Source: a virus (Duplodnaviria > Caudoviricetes). Taken from it: a DNA stretch of 61,513 nucleotides. The stretch is taken from the IMG/VR virus record IMGVR_UViG_3300036770_006790, positions 1-61,513 of that record; one strand, 5' to 3'. Made by a program: the position numbers and the translations under genes. Positions 1 through 8,924 of the stretch are shown piece by piece (position 1 is the first letter of the stretch; every line of letters starts with the position of its first letter). Below the pieces are notes generated by a model, which had not been told where the DNA came from, made no database searches, and saw only the letters and a program-made list of their open reading frames with translations.

Positions 1-2403
1 ATATCAACCCCAAATGGTTATGACAGAATATATTATGAAATATACGACCAAGCATTAAGGGGAATGAACGAGTTCAAGATAACCGAAATGTTTTGGTATC
101 GAGACCCAAGATATACCAAAGATTTGTACATGGTTAAAACGAATGATATTATACACTTTTTATTGAATAGAGAAGATTATTCTCAGGATTTAATTATTGA
201 TTTATCTCACATAAATTCGTATGATAGAGATAAGAAAATGATAGATGAATACATAGAAAATGGATATCAACCATGTTCTTCTTGGTTTGAAGGCATGGTG
301 AGAAAATTGAAGTATGATAGAAGAAAGGTATCACAGGAAATTGAAGGTAGATTTCTTGGTTCAGGGGATAATGTTTTTGATGCTGAAATATTGAGGAACA
401 TAAGCAGAAATATGCTAAGGGAACCATCGGCAAAACTTATGGGCAATGCACTATGGGTATTTAAGGAACCAGAAAATGGTCATAGATATGTGTTGGGATG
501 TTTAACACCGCATGAAAAAGTCATGACTGATAATGGTTTAAAAAATATTATCGATGTCACACTAAACGATAAACTAATAAATGAAAATGGCGATATTGTT
601 AACATCATTAATAAACAAATTTATAACGTTGAAAATGAAGATACCTTTGAAATAAAAGTAGATAATACATATCGCACTACAACATTCACCAAGGAACATC
701 CAATTCTCATTAGTAAACCAATATTAAAAAGAAATTATCAAAAAAATAATGAAAGATATTGGGATTTTGATTTTAAATACACAAAAGTCAGCGAAATAAC
801 TGTTGGAGATTGGATAAAAGTTCCAAACATATATAAGAAAAAAATTGAAATTGATTTTGACGAAAAATGGATGAATACAGATGTTAGAAAAGATTTTAAA
901 ATTGATTCACCATTATCGAATGTAAATTTTTGGTGGTTTATTGGTGTTTGGTTAGGAGATGGGTGGATACAAAACAATAATTTATCATATTCTATTCATG
1001 TTTGTTTTAACAAAAATGAAAAATATTATTTTGATAAAACATTAAAAATTATAAAAGAATTGTTTAATAGAGACGCTGTAGTAGTTGAAAAAGATAGTAC
1101 ATATGAAATATTTTTCAATTCAAAAGAGTTACATTGTTTCATATTAGATAATTTTGGCCAATATTCACATGGTAAAAAAATACCAGAATGGGTAAAATAT
1201 TTAGGAGAAGAATATAAATTAAATTTGATTAAAGGATACTTTGATAGTGATGGTTGTTGGGTTAAAACAAATAAACGTAACCAAAATAATTCTAAAATAT
1301 CATTTGTAAGTATTAATTTAGAATTATTAGAAAGTTTTCAAGATATTTTATTTTCCTTGGGCATCATTTCATCTTTAAATAAATTAAGAGATGAAAAAAC
1401 ACAAATAATTTGTGGAAAATTATCTAATTGTAAAAAGTGTTATACTTTAAATTTATCGCATTATGATAGTTTATTTCTTATAAAATTATTAAATGATAAA
1501 GAAGATATAAAATTAAATAAATTTGATTTAAATGATTTCGAAGTAAAAAATAAAAGAATAATATCTTCTTGTCATTTAAGTAAAGATGAAAATTGGATTT
1601 ATTTTAAAGTCAAATCGATAAAAAAATCAAGATATACTGGAAAAGTTTACAATTTTGAATGTGATACCAACACATTTATGTGTCATCATATTACAACGCA
1701 TAATTGTGATGTCTCAAGAGGTGATAGTGAAGATTTTTCTTGCATTGAAATTATTGATTTCGACACCCAAGAGCAAGTATTTGAATATGTTGGGAAAGTC
1801 CCACCTGATGTTCTGGCAGAAATTGCATTCAAATGGGGTATGATGTATAAAGCCTTTATTGTTGTAGATTTAACGGGTGGTATGGGTGTTGCAACTTCGA
1901 GAAAACTTCAAGAGATGGGCTACACGAACATATATTATGATAACATTGACCCCACACATAAATGGAAATATGATCCCAAGTCAAGCGACAAAATACCCGG
2001 ATTGAACTTTAATAACAAAAGGGTCCAGATTATATCTTCATTTGAAGTGGCATTGAGACATAATTTCAAAGTATATTCAAGTAGATTATACAATGAAATG
2101 AATACATTTATATACATAAACGGAAGGCCAGACCACCAAAAAGGACATCACGATGATTGCATTATGGCAATTTCCATGGCTTTATTTGTTGCGGAAAAAT
2201 CGTTTCAATCGCTTGAAAAGGTCACAAATCATACAAAAGCTATGGTTAATTCTTGGCAAGCACATTCAAATGAATTTACTGAAAGGGCTGATTATTTTAA
2301 TCCGGTAATTCCAAAATATGATGCCAGACAAACAAAAGTGTTTCAGAATAACCCTACTATGAACGAATACATGAAGTATTCTTGGTTATTCGGTAAGCGT
2401 TAA
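1..2403 (+). CDS. terL: Terminase large subunit (T4 gp17-like), 5'-truncated, intein-containing
   Basis: Frame is open from base 1 (ISTPNG motif upstream of the listed Met at 64). After intein removal the nuclease motif reads YVLG-CDVSRGDSEDFS, with C-terminal GHHDDCIMA. Lies directly upstream of the portal. Confidence 0.93.
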   Translation: MSTPNGYDRIYYEIYDQALRGMNEFKITEMFWYRDPRYTKDLYMVKTNDIIHFLLNREDYSQDLIIDLSHINSYDRDKKMIDEYIENGYQPCSSWFEGMVRKLKYDRRKVSQEIEGRFLGSGDNVFDAEILRNISRNMLREPSAKLMGNALWVFKEPENGHRYVLGCLTPHEKVMTDNGLKNIIDVTLNDKLINENGDIVNIINKQIYNVENEDTFEIKVDNTYRTTTFTKEHPILISKPILKRNYQKNNERYWDFDFKYTKVSEITVGDWIKVPNIYKKKIEIDFDEKWMNTDVRKDFKIDSPLSNVNFWWFIGVWLGDGWIQNNNLSYSIHVCFNKNEKYYFDKTLKIIKELFNRDAVVVEKDSTYEIFFNSKELHCFILDNFGQYSHGKKIPEWVKYLGEEYKLNLIKGYFDSDGCWVKTNKRNQNNSKISFVSINLELLESFQDILFSLGIISSLNKLRDEKTQIICGKLSNCKKCYTLNLSHYDSLFLIKLLNDKEDIKLNKFDLNDFEVKNKRIISSCHLSKDENWIYFKVKSIKKSRYTGKVYNFECDTNTFMCHHITTHNCDVSRGDSEDFSCIEIIDFDTQEQVFEYVGKVPPDVLAEIAFKWGMMYKAFIVVDLTGGMGVATSRKLQEMGYTNIYYDNIDPTHKWKYDPKSSDKIPGLNFNNKRVQIISSFEVALRHNFKVYSSRLYNEMNTFIYINGRPDHQKGHHDDCIMAISMALFVAEKSFQSLEKVTNHTKAMVNSWQAHSNEFTERADYFNPVIPKYDARQTKVFQNNPTMNEYMKYSWLFGKR
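499..1704 (+). mobile_element. Intein with LAGLIDADG homing endonuclease in TerL (402 aa)
   Basis: Starts CLTPHEKV, block B TKEHP, LAGLIDADG motifs IGVWLGDG and IKGYFDSDG, ends VYNFECDTNTFMCHHITTHN followed by Cys+1. Confidence 0.93.
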
Positions 2404-2427
2404 ATATTTATTAAAGAAAACATTTTA

Positions 2428-5400
2428 ATGGAAAAAGAAAATTTGACGATTTGGCAAAGGCTGTCCAGAAATTTTGGGCCACATGGCTTGCTGAATCAAG
2501 AATATCCAACATACGAATTCGATAAAAAAGAACTGCTACGCACTCAAAACAAGCAAGAATACGAACGTGAAAAATTGCAAGCACAGCAGTCTAGATATTT
2601 GTCAAATCAATGGACCAAAATTGAAAATAACATGTACACCCAAGCGGTGTATTATGAACCCACAAGATTGGCAAGCGTTTACGATTTCGAATCAATGGAA
2701 TTCACCCCAGAGATTTCAACTGCCTTGGATATCTATGCAGAAGAATCAACCACAACGGATGAAAATGGCGAAATCCTGCAAATTTATTCCGAATCACCGA
2801 GAATACGTTCCATATTAAAAGAACTCTTTGTTAATGTTCTGGATATAAACACCAATTTGCCGATGTGGACGAGGAACACGGCAAAGTATGGTGATAACTT
2901 TGTTTATTTAAAATTGGACCCTGAAAGGGGAATTGTTGGTTGCCAACAGTTACCAAACATAGAAATACAAAGATTGGAACCCGGTTCGTCAAATGTGAAT
3001 TCACCATATATCGAGCAAAGCGAACCAGCAAAAAGTTTGATTTTTAAATGGACCGTTAAAAATATGGAGTTCCAATCTTGGGAAATTGCACATTTTAGGT
3101 TGATGGGTGATGATAGAAAACTACCTTACGGAACGTCGATGTTGGAAAAAGCCAGAAGAACATGGCGACAACTTTTATTGGCCGAGGATGCAATGCTTAT
3201 TTATAGGATTTCAAGAGCACCAGAAAGAAGGGTTTTCAAAGTATTTGTCGGCAACATGGACGACAATGATGTTGAACCATATGTTAACAGGGTTGCAAAC
3301 AAATTTAAACGGGAACAAATTGCGGATTCCAAAACAGGAAATGTCGATTTGAGGTACAATCAAATGGCCGTTGACCAAGATTATTTTATTCCAGTTAGAG
3401 ATCCCGCATCCCCCAGCCCAATAGAAACGCTTCCGGGAGCTTGCATATCTTTGGATACCAAAATACCTTTATTGGATGGTCGCGTTTTACCTCTCTCCCA
3501 AATAATAGAAGAATGGGATGGTGGAAACAGGAATCTATGGGTATATTCATGTAATCCCGAAAACGGTGATTTGGCTCCGGGTATGATAACTTGGGCAGGT
3601 GTTACAAGGAAAAACGCGGATGTGTTGAAGATTACACTCGATAATGGAAAAGAAGTAATTGCAACACCAGATCATAAATTTGTCCATAGGGAAAAAGGTT
3701 TTGTTGAAGCCCAAGATTTAACTGTTGGAGATTCATTAATGCCATTCTACACACAAGAAAAACCAATAAACATAAAAAAATCTACATATCAACAAGTGTG
3801 GAATACCAAAACACAAAAATGGGAATTTACGCACAGAATGGTTGCAAATTACATGAAGTCTTTAGGTTGTCATAAAGAATTTACCTACAAAGAAGAATAT
3901 ATTTCAGAAGCAAAAAACACAATTCACCATTACGACATTAACAGGTACAACAATACACCTAATAATCTTTACTTTATGAATGCCATTGACCATCACCGAT
4001 ACCATGCAGAAAATTTAAATCCAGAATTTGCATCAATGGGTGGTAAAGCATTAAAAAATAAATTAGACACCGATTCAGAATTTAAAAAAGCTTGGATTGA
4101 GGAAAGAATCTTATTTAGCAAAAGAATGTGGGAACAAAGAACAGATGAAGAAAGAAAATTAATTTCTCAAAAACAATCCGATGGAATTAAAAATTTTATA
4201 GACAATTTAAGTGAAGAAGAGAAAAGGCAAAGATTTTCTAAAAACATTCATTCACTTGATGCTCAGAGAAAAGCTTCGGAAAAAATGAAGGAGTGGAGTT
4301 CAAATCCCGAAAATTTAAAGAAAAGGGGAGAATCTATTAGTAGGGTTAAAAAATTGCCAGATAATAGAAATAAAATTTCACATATTTCTAAGAAAAATTG
4401 GGAGTCTGAAGAATATAGAGATAAAGTATTCTCAAAAAATCAAAAAATAATTTTTAATGAATTTATATTCAACAAATTTTTGAGTGTTTATAGTAAAACA
4501 CAAATGGCTTCCGAAATTTTAATTCAACTTAATAATGATTCAGAATTTATTGCCGAATTTTTTAACATAAATTCTAATATTCGAAGTAGATTAACTAACT
4601 TAAAAACATTTACTCACAATCATTTGGATAAAATGTTAAAATCGAGAGGGTATAAAAATTTTAAACAATGGAAATTGAGTCAATTATATAACCATAAGAT
4701 AGTAAAAATTGAAATACTCGAAAATAAAATTGACACTGGAACAATAACGGTAGATGGGAATGAATTGTATCACAACTATCACACTTTTGCGATTGAATCT
4801 GGAATTTTCATCAAGAATTCAAATTTGGGAGAGATAGCGGATATAGAATATATCCAAAGAAAACTTGTCACCGCATTAAGAATTCCAAAAGCATTTTTGG
4901 GTTTTGAAGAAGCCGTTGCTGATGGTAAAACTCTTGCATTACAAGATATTCGTTTTGCAAGAACCATAAACCGCATCCAAAAAAGCATGCTTCAAGAACT
5001 TAATAAAATTGCAATTATACACTTATTCTTGATGGGTTTTGAAGATGAATTGACTAATTTTACCCTAACATTAAACAACCCATCAACGCAATCTGATTTG
5101 TTGAAGATTGATATATGGAAAGAAAAAATACAATTGTATAAAGAAGCTGTCGCTGACCCCGGTTCTGGTATTCAGCCTGTTTCAGCTACGTGGGCCAAAA
5201 AGCACATTTTCAATTTCAGTGATGAGGAAATTAGGGTTGATTTGCAACAACAAAGAATTGAAAGGGCTGTTGGTGAGGAATTAAAGGCCACACCTCTTGT
5301 AATAAAGAAAACGGGTATTTTCGAGAAATTGGATTCTCTATATGGTGGTTTATCTGGTGAAACACCAACCCAACAAACTGGTGTAGCACCTATGGGAGAA

Positions 5401-5658
5401 ATGCCCCCACCTATGGGCGGGGAGACTTTTACGCCACCGCCAATGGAACCATTGGCTGGTGAAGCACCCGCAGGAGAGGCTCTCGCTGGAGAAGCACCCC
5501 CACCAGAACAGGCAGCACAAATGGAGAATTTGAAGAAAAACTTAAACTTATTGGTTGAAAGCAATATGATTAAGGGAAGCCAATACGTGGATTTAAGTCA
5601 AGGACAGATATTGTTGAAGAATATTGAGAATGAATTAAATAAAATATTGGACAAGTAA
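2428..5658 (+). CDS. Portal protein (T4 gp20-like), intein-containing
   Basis: Motifs LAEDAMLIYRISRAPERRVF, DYFIPVR and IETLPGA|SNLGEIADIEY..KL..ALRIP match gp20-family portals. Confidence 0.95.
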   Translation: MEKENLTIWQRLSRNFGPHGLLNQEYPTYEFDKKELLRTQNKQEYEREKLQAQQSRYLSNQWTKIENNMYTQAVYYEPTRLASVYDFESMEFTPEISTALDIYAEESTTTDENGEILQIYSESPRIRSILKELFVNVLDINTNLPMWTRNTAKYGDNFVYLKLDPERGIVGCQQLPNIEIQRLEPGSSNVNSPYIEQSEPAKSLIFKWTVKNMEFQSWEIAHFRLMGDDRKLPYGTSMLEKARRTWRQLLLAEDAMLIYRISRAPERRVFKVFVGNMDDNDVEPYVNRVANKFKREQIADSKTGNVDLRYNQMAVDQDYFIPVRDPASPSPIETLPGACISLDTKIPLLDGRVLPLSQIIEEWDGGNRNLWVYSCNPENGDLAPGMITWAGVTRKNADVLKITLDNGKEVIATPDHKFVHREKGFVEAQDLTVGDSLMPFYTQEKPINIKKSTYQQVWNTKTQKWEFTHRMVANYMKSLGCHKEFTYKEEYISEAKNTIHHYDINRYNNTPNNLYFMNAIDHHRYHAENLNPEFASMGGKALKNKLDTDSEFKKAWIEERILFSKRMWEQRTDEERKLISQKQSDGIKNFIDNLSEEEKRQRFSKNIHSLDAQRKASEKMKEWSSNPENLKKRGESISRVKKLPDNRNKISHISKKNWESEEYRDKVFSKNQKIIFNEFIFNKFLSVYSKTQMASEILIQLNNDSEFIAEFFNINSNIRSRLTNLKTFTHNHLDKMLKSRGYKNFKQWKLSQLYNHKIVKIEILENKIDTGTITVDGNELYHNYHTFAIESGIFIKNSNLGEIADIEYIQRKLVTALRIPKAFLGFEEAVADGKTLALQDIRFARTINRIQKSMLQELNKIAIIHLFLMGFEDELTNFTLTLNNPSTQSDLLKIDIWKEKIQLYKEAVADPGSGIQPVSATWAKKHIFNFSDEEIRVDLQQQRIERAVGEELKATPLVIKKTGIFEKLDSLYGGLSGETPTQQTGVAPMGEMPPPMGGETFTPPPMEPLAGEAPAGEALAGEAPPPEQAAQMENLKKNLNLLVESNMIKGSQYVDLSQGQILLKNIENELNKILDK
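3442..4818 (+). mobile_element. Intein with HNH endonuclease in portal (459 aa)
   Basis: Starts CISLDTKIPLLDG, block B TPDHKF, HNH-like THRMVA...IHHYDINRYNNTPNNL...H, ends HTFAIESGIFIKN followed by Ser+1. Confidence 0.88.
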
Positions 5659-5679
5659 ATATTTATATAAAAAAAAGCC

Positions 5680-6372
5680 ATGGTATTTGGAGAAATAAAA
5701 ACGATTATCGAATCCAACTTTATCGAAAGATATGGAAACAAATATGAGTTTAAAGAAAGCATTAAATTGTTTAAGGAGAACTTTTTAACAAATAAGGATT
5801 TATCGAGGATGTATCTATTATATTCAGATTTATCCACACCCAAAGGGTTGCCAGAAAGTGAGGCCAAAGAATATCTTGAGGAAGGCATTAAAAGGTTAAA
5901 ATCATTAAGGGGAAAAGTTGATTTACCAAAAAATGGCGCAGGTCAAAATAACTATGTGGATATTGACAACTTGGTATATGATAATAAGATTAGCATAGAA
6001 GAAACTATAAGCAGCAGGAAAAACATTATTAGTGTATTGATGCAAAAACCTCAGATACATGAGTCAAAGTTTAATCTACCATTGTCAAGTACTGTAAAAA
6101 TTGCAAATCAACAAATAAAAGAATATCTTAATGGGTTGGACGAATCTGTCAGAACCGAACTAACTGAAATGCTAAACAAAGATGAAAATCTGTTGAGGGA
6201 AGAATTTGAGGTAATAAAGACTGAAACCATTAACAAGATAAACAAATTAATGGAAGAGCACACCGAAGATGAAGTCATTGAAAAATTGAAAATGACCTCA
6301 AAAAAGATATCGAATGATGAATTTAACAGATTAAATTATTATAAATTAAAAAACTTCAAAGATTCGTTGTGA
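5680..6372 (+). CDS. Hypothetical protein in head module
   Basis: 230 aa helical ORF between portal and protease, preceded by ATATTTATA. Confidence 0.75.
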   Translation: MVFGEIKTIIESNFIERYGNKYEFKESIKLFKENFLTNKDLSRMYLLYSDLSTPKGLPESEAKEYLEEGIKRLKSLRGKVDLPKNGAGQNNYVDIDNLVYDNKISIEETISSRKNIISVLMQKPQIHESKFNLPLSSTVKIANQQIKEYLNGLDESVRTELTEMLNKDENLLREEFEVIKTETINKINKLMEEHTEDEVIEKLKMTSKKISNDEFNRLNYYKLKNFKDSL

Positions 6373-6400
6373 ATATAACAATTCATTTGTAAAAAAATAT

Positions 6401-6408
6401 TATTTTTG
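6401..6408 (+). promoter_or_regulatory. Putative Bacteroidota-type -7 promoter element (TATTTTTG)
   Basis: TAnnTTTG ending 20 nt upstream of the ATG at 6429. Confidence 0.45.
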
Positions 6409-6428
6409 CCACAAATAGTTTTAAATAA

Positions 6429-6860
6429 ATGAAGAGAGGCAAAAATGTTAAATTGAATGTGAGTCCATTTGTAAAATCACTATATGGCACTGTTGACCAT
6501 AGTGATTTCAAATCGTTTTTTATTAATATCAGAACATGGGTATTACCGAAATCTGATTCCGAAAATTGGAAAAGTGTTGTCGGTCATTTATCAAAGAATA
6601 TAAAAAATTCTGTAAGTTCCAAGATAAATAAATCAGTTCTTTATGAAAACTTTATTCTGGATGTTGATTTAAGGGCAAGTGGATTGGATAGAAATAAACG
6701 TTCTTTTATGAGCATCGAGATTACACTTTATCCAAAAGTAAAAGAAAGTTTCAAATCCCCTTTAATAAAATCGTTATCTGAATCCATAGTTCAGGATATT
6801 ATTAAGGATTGTTTTTTAAATGATGCCAACTTCGATTTCTTTGTGAGCAAGAAAAATTGA
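6429..6860 (+). CDS. Hypothetical protein
   Basis: 143 aa ORF filling the gap in gene order. Confidence 0.75.
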   Translation: MKRGKNVKLNVSPFVKSLYGTVDHSDFKSFFINIRTWVLPKSDSENWKSVVGHLSKNIKNSVSSKINKSVLYENFILDVDLRASGLDRNKRSFMSIEITLYPKVKESFKSPLIKSLSESIVQDIIKDCFLNDANFDFFVSKKN

Positions 6861-6899
6861 AAAACAAACAAACAACCATATATTTATGAATAAAAAAAG

Positions 6900-7628
6900 A
6901 TGTTCAAAAATAATGGTTTAAGAATATTGGAGGCACACGAGGTTGGCACTGGCATTTTGGTTGAAATGGATGCCGGATGGATAAACCCAAAAGATGCCTT
7001 AAACGAATCCATATTAAAGGAAAATAAACAAATAGATTATAGAAATCCATTTGAATTTTATGCCGTTCTCCAGAAATATGATACCGAAAATAAAAATGGA
7101 AGATGGTATCCAGAAAAAATCTTAAAAAGAGAGTCGGAAAAATACAAAAAATTAATTGAAAGGGGCTTATCTACTTCAGAATTAAACCACCCAGAATCTT
7201 CATTAATAGATTTAGATAGGGTTTCCCACAAAATAAATGAGGTATGGTGGGATGGTAATGTTTTGATGGGAAAAGTTCTTTTCCTCACATCACCCGGATT
7301 TCATGAAAGGGGCATTGTTAGCACAAAGGGAGACCAAGCAGCAAATTTGGTTAGACAGGGTGTTACATTGGGTATTTCATCACGGGGTGTCGGAACTCTC
7401 AAAAAAGTAGGTGAGAAAAATGAGGTTCAAGATGATTTTGAATTAATATGTTTTGATTTGGTACATTCACCATCCACTCCGGGTGCATATCTCTTTAACA
7501 GAAAAGAAGACAGGCACTTGTATGATGAAAACATAGAAACGCAGAAAGAAGAAAAATATGTGAATAGCCGTCAGCACAACAAGTCGATAGATTTGATGAA
7601 AAATTTATCAAAATATTTGGGTAAATAA
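6900..7628 (+). CDS. Prohead core protease (T4 gp21-like)
   Basis: Motifs NKNGRWYP, ELNHP, LDRVSH, LGISSRGVG (catalytic Ser) and FDLVHSPSTPGA. Confidence 0.93.
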   Translation: MFKNNGLRILEAHEVGTGILVEMDAGWINPKDALNESILKENKQIDYRNPFEFYAVLQKYDTENKNGRWYPEKILKRESEKYKKLIERGLSTSELNHPESSLIDLDRVSHKINEVWWDGNVLMGKVLFLTSPGFHERGIVSTKGDQAANLVRQGVTLGISSRGVGTLKKVGEKNEVQDDFELICFDLVHSPSTPGAYLFNRKEDRHLYDENIETQKEEKYVNSRQHNKSIDLMKNLSKYLGK

Positions 7629-7629
7629 T

Positions 7630-7659
7630 TTTGCCTTTCAATTTCTAATATTACCTTTG
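7630..7659 (+). promoter_or_regulatory. Putative Bacteroidota sigma-A promoter (TTTG-N18-TACCTTTG)
   Basis: -33 TTTG at 7630-7633 and -7 TAnnTTTG at 7652-7659, upstream of the ATG at 7683. Confidence 0.6.
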
Positions 7660-7682
7660 TTGCGAACAAAAAAACTTTAACA

Positions 7683-7895
7683 ATGGATACAGAAAGATTT
7701 TTCTTAGTTAAAACGGTAATGTATGTCCCCAATGAGGAAACTGGAAAACTCAAAAAAATTACAGAGAATTTTTTGGTTTGGGGGTGGTCATGTACAGATG
7801 TTGAAGCCAAGATGGTACAAAGAAACAAAAATTTGACACTTGATTGGAAAATCATTTCTACAGTGGAATCAAAAATTTTGGAAGTGATTAATTAA
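7683..7895 (+). CDS. DUF4494-like small protein
   Basis: GKLKKITENFLV...S.TDVEAK...I..SKILEV resembles the Bacteroidetes DUF4494 pattern as recalled. Confidence 0.6.
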   Translation: MDTERFFLVKTVMYVPNEETGKLKKITENFLVWGWSCTDVEAKMVQRNKNLTLDWKIISTVESKILEVIN

Positions 7896-7914
7896 AATTG
7901 CCAAACAAAGTTTC

Positions 7915-7949
7915 AAAAATGCCCAATCGTTTTTCGGTTGGGCATTTTT
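7915..7949. terminator. Bidirectional intrinsic terminator
   Basis: AAAAATGCCCAATCG-TTTTT-CGGTTGGGCATTTTT hairpin between convergent genes. Confidence 0.8.
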
Positions 7950-8805
7950 ATTTTGTTAAACTTTTCCTATATTGGGGATAATTTTTGGCAACCCAATTAA
8001 CGACATTTTCCAAATTGTCATTCTCATATAACAACCTACCATTTTTGCCGTAAATTCCCCAACGCGCATTTTTACCATTTAAAATGGGTATGATATTTTT
8101 TGCCGTTGAACCTTTAAAAATAACTTGATATTGCTCATCACCAAGATGCCAAACTCTTATCCCTGAAGCATTGAATATCACAGCATCAGCACCATATGGA
8201 TAGGATTCTTCTGAATATCTATATTTTCTAAAATCTGACAACAAAAAAGCAAAGTTATAACCTCCATATTGTTTGTCATAATCAGTAAAATGTGTTGTGA
8301 GACCCAGTTTGGTTAAATCGTAAGTTCCATATTTAAATCCCTCTCTCGTTATTGATTCTGCATTATCTGTAAAGTGAATTAGCCATTGATTTTTGATTAT
8401 TTTAGCCGCAACAAAAAAAAACCAAGATGGATATTCTTCATCTGGAATTGGCAATTTCCAATTACTCATTTTTTCATAAAGATATTCTGCAAATGCTTTA
8501 TAAATTTGAGGTTGATTATCTTCAAGCCAAGTAATCAATTCAAGACTATCATCGAACATATCGATTTCTTTATGTGGCTCACCAAAATAAATGCTGGGTT
8601 TCATTTCTTTTGGTCTTTTAAAATCAACATTTTCTTCATCTAAAAAATCATCAAAAAGATAGTGATATTCATGTGGCAAAGACTCCTTTTTACTTTCTAT
8701 TGAAGCTGAAAGATAGTGATAAAGGTCTATTTCATCTCTTATCAAATATTCATTCAATATTTTATGTTCATTTAAATATTTTTTGATGATTTTTTTAAGA
8801 TTCAT
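7948..8805 (-). CDS. Leader-bearing hypothetical protein, possible ADP-ribosyltransferase-like C-terminal domain
   Basis: Start re-set to ATG 8805 (MNLKKIIKKYLNE). WLIHFTDNAESITREGF and a late DEQYQVIF resemble an ART-fold core. Confidence 0.55.
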   Translation of the reverse strand: MNLKKIIKKYLNEHKILNEYLIRDEIDLYHYLSASIESKKESLPHEYHYLFDDFLDEENVDFKRPKEMKPSIYFGEPHKEIDMFDDSLELITWLEDNQPQIYKAFAEYLYEKMSNWKLPIPDEEYPSWFFFVAAKIIKNQWLIHFTDNAESITREGFKYGTYDLTKLGLTTHFTDYDKQYGGYNFAFLLSDFRKYRYSEESYPYGADAVIFNASGIRVWHLGDEQYQVIFKGSTAKNIIPILNGKNARWGIYGKNGRLLYENDNLENVVNWVAKNYPQYRKSLTK

Positions 8806-8924
8806 AACAAATATTTTTAAAAATAAATAGCGAAAATATCTTTTTAAACCCTTTTTATTCAGTTTTTTGTGCGAAAAATGTTTTTTTTCACAAATCACTA
8901 TATTTATCTGTAAAATTAAAACTA

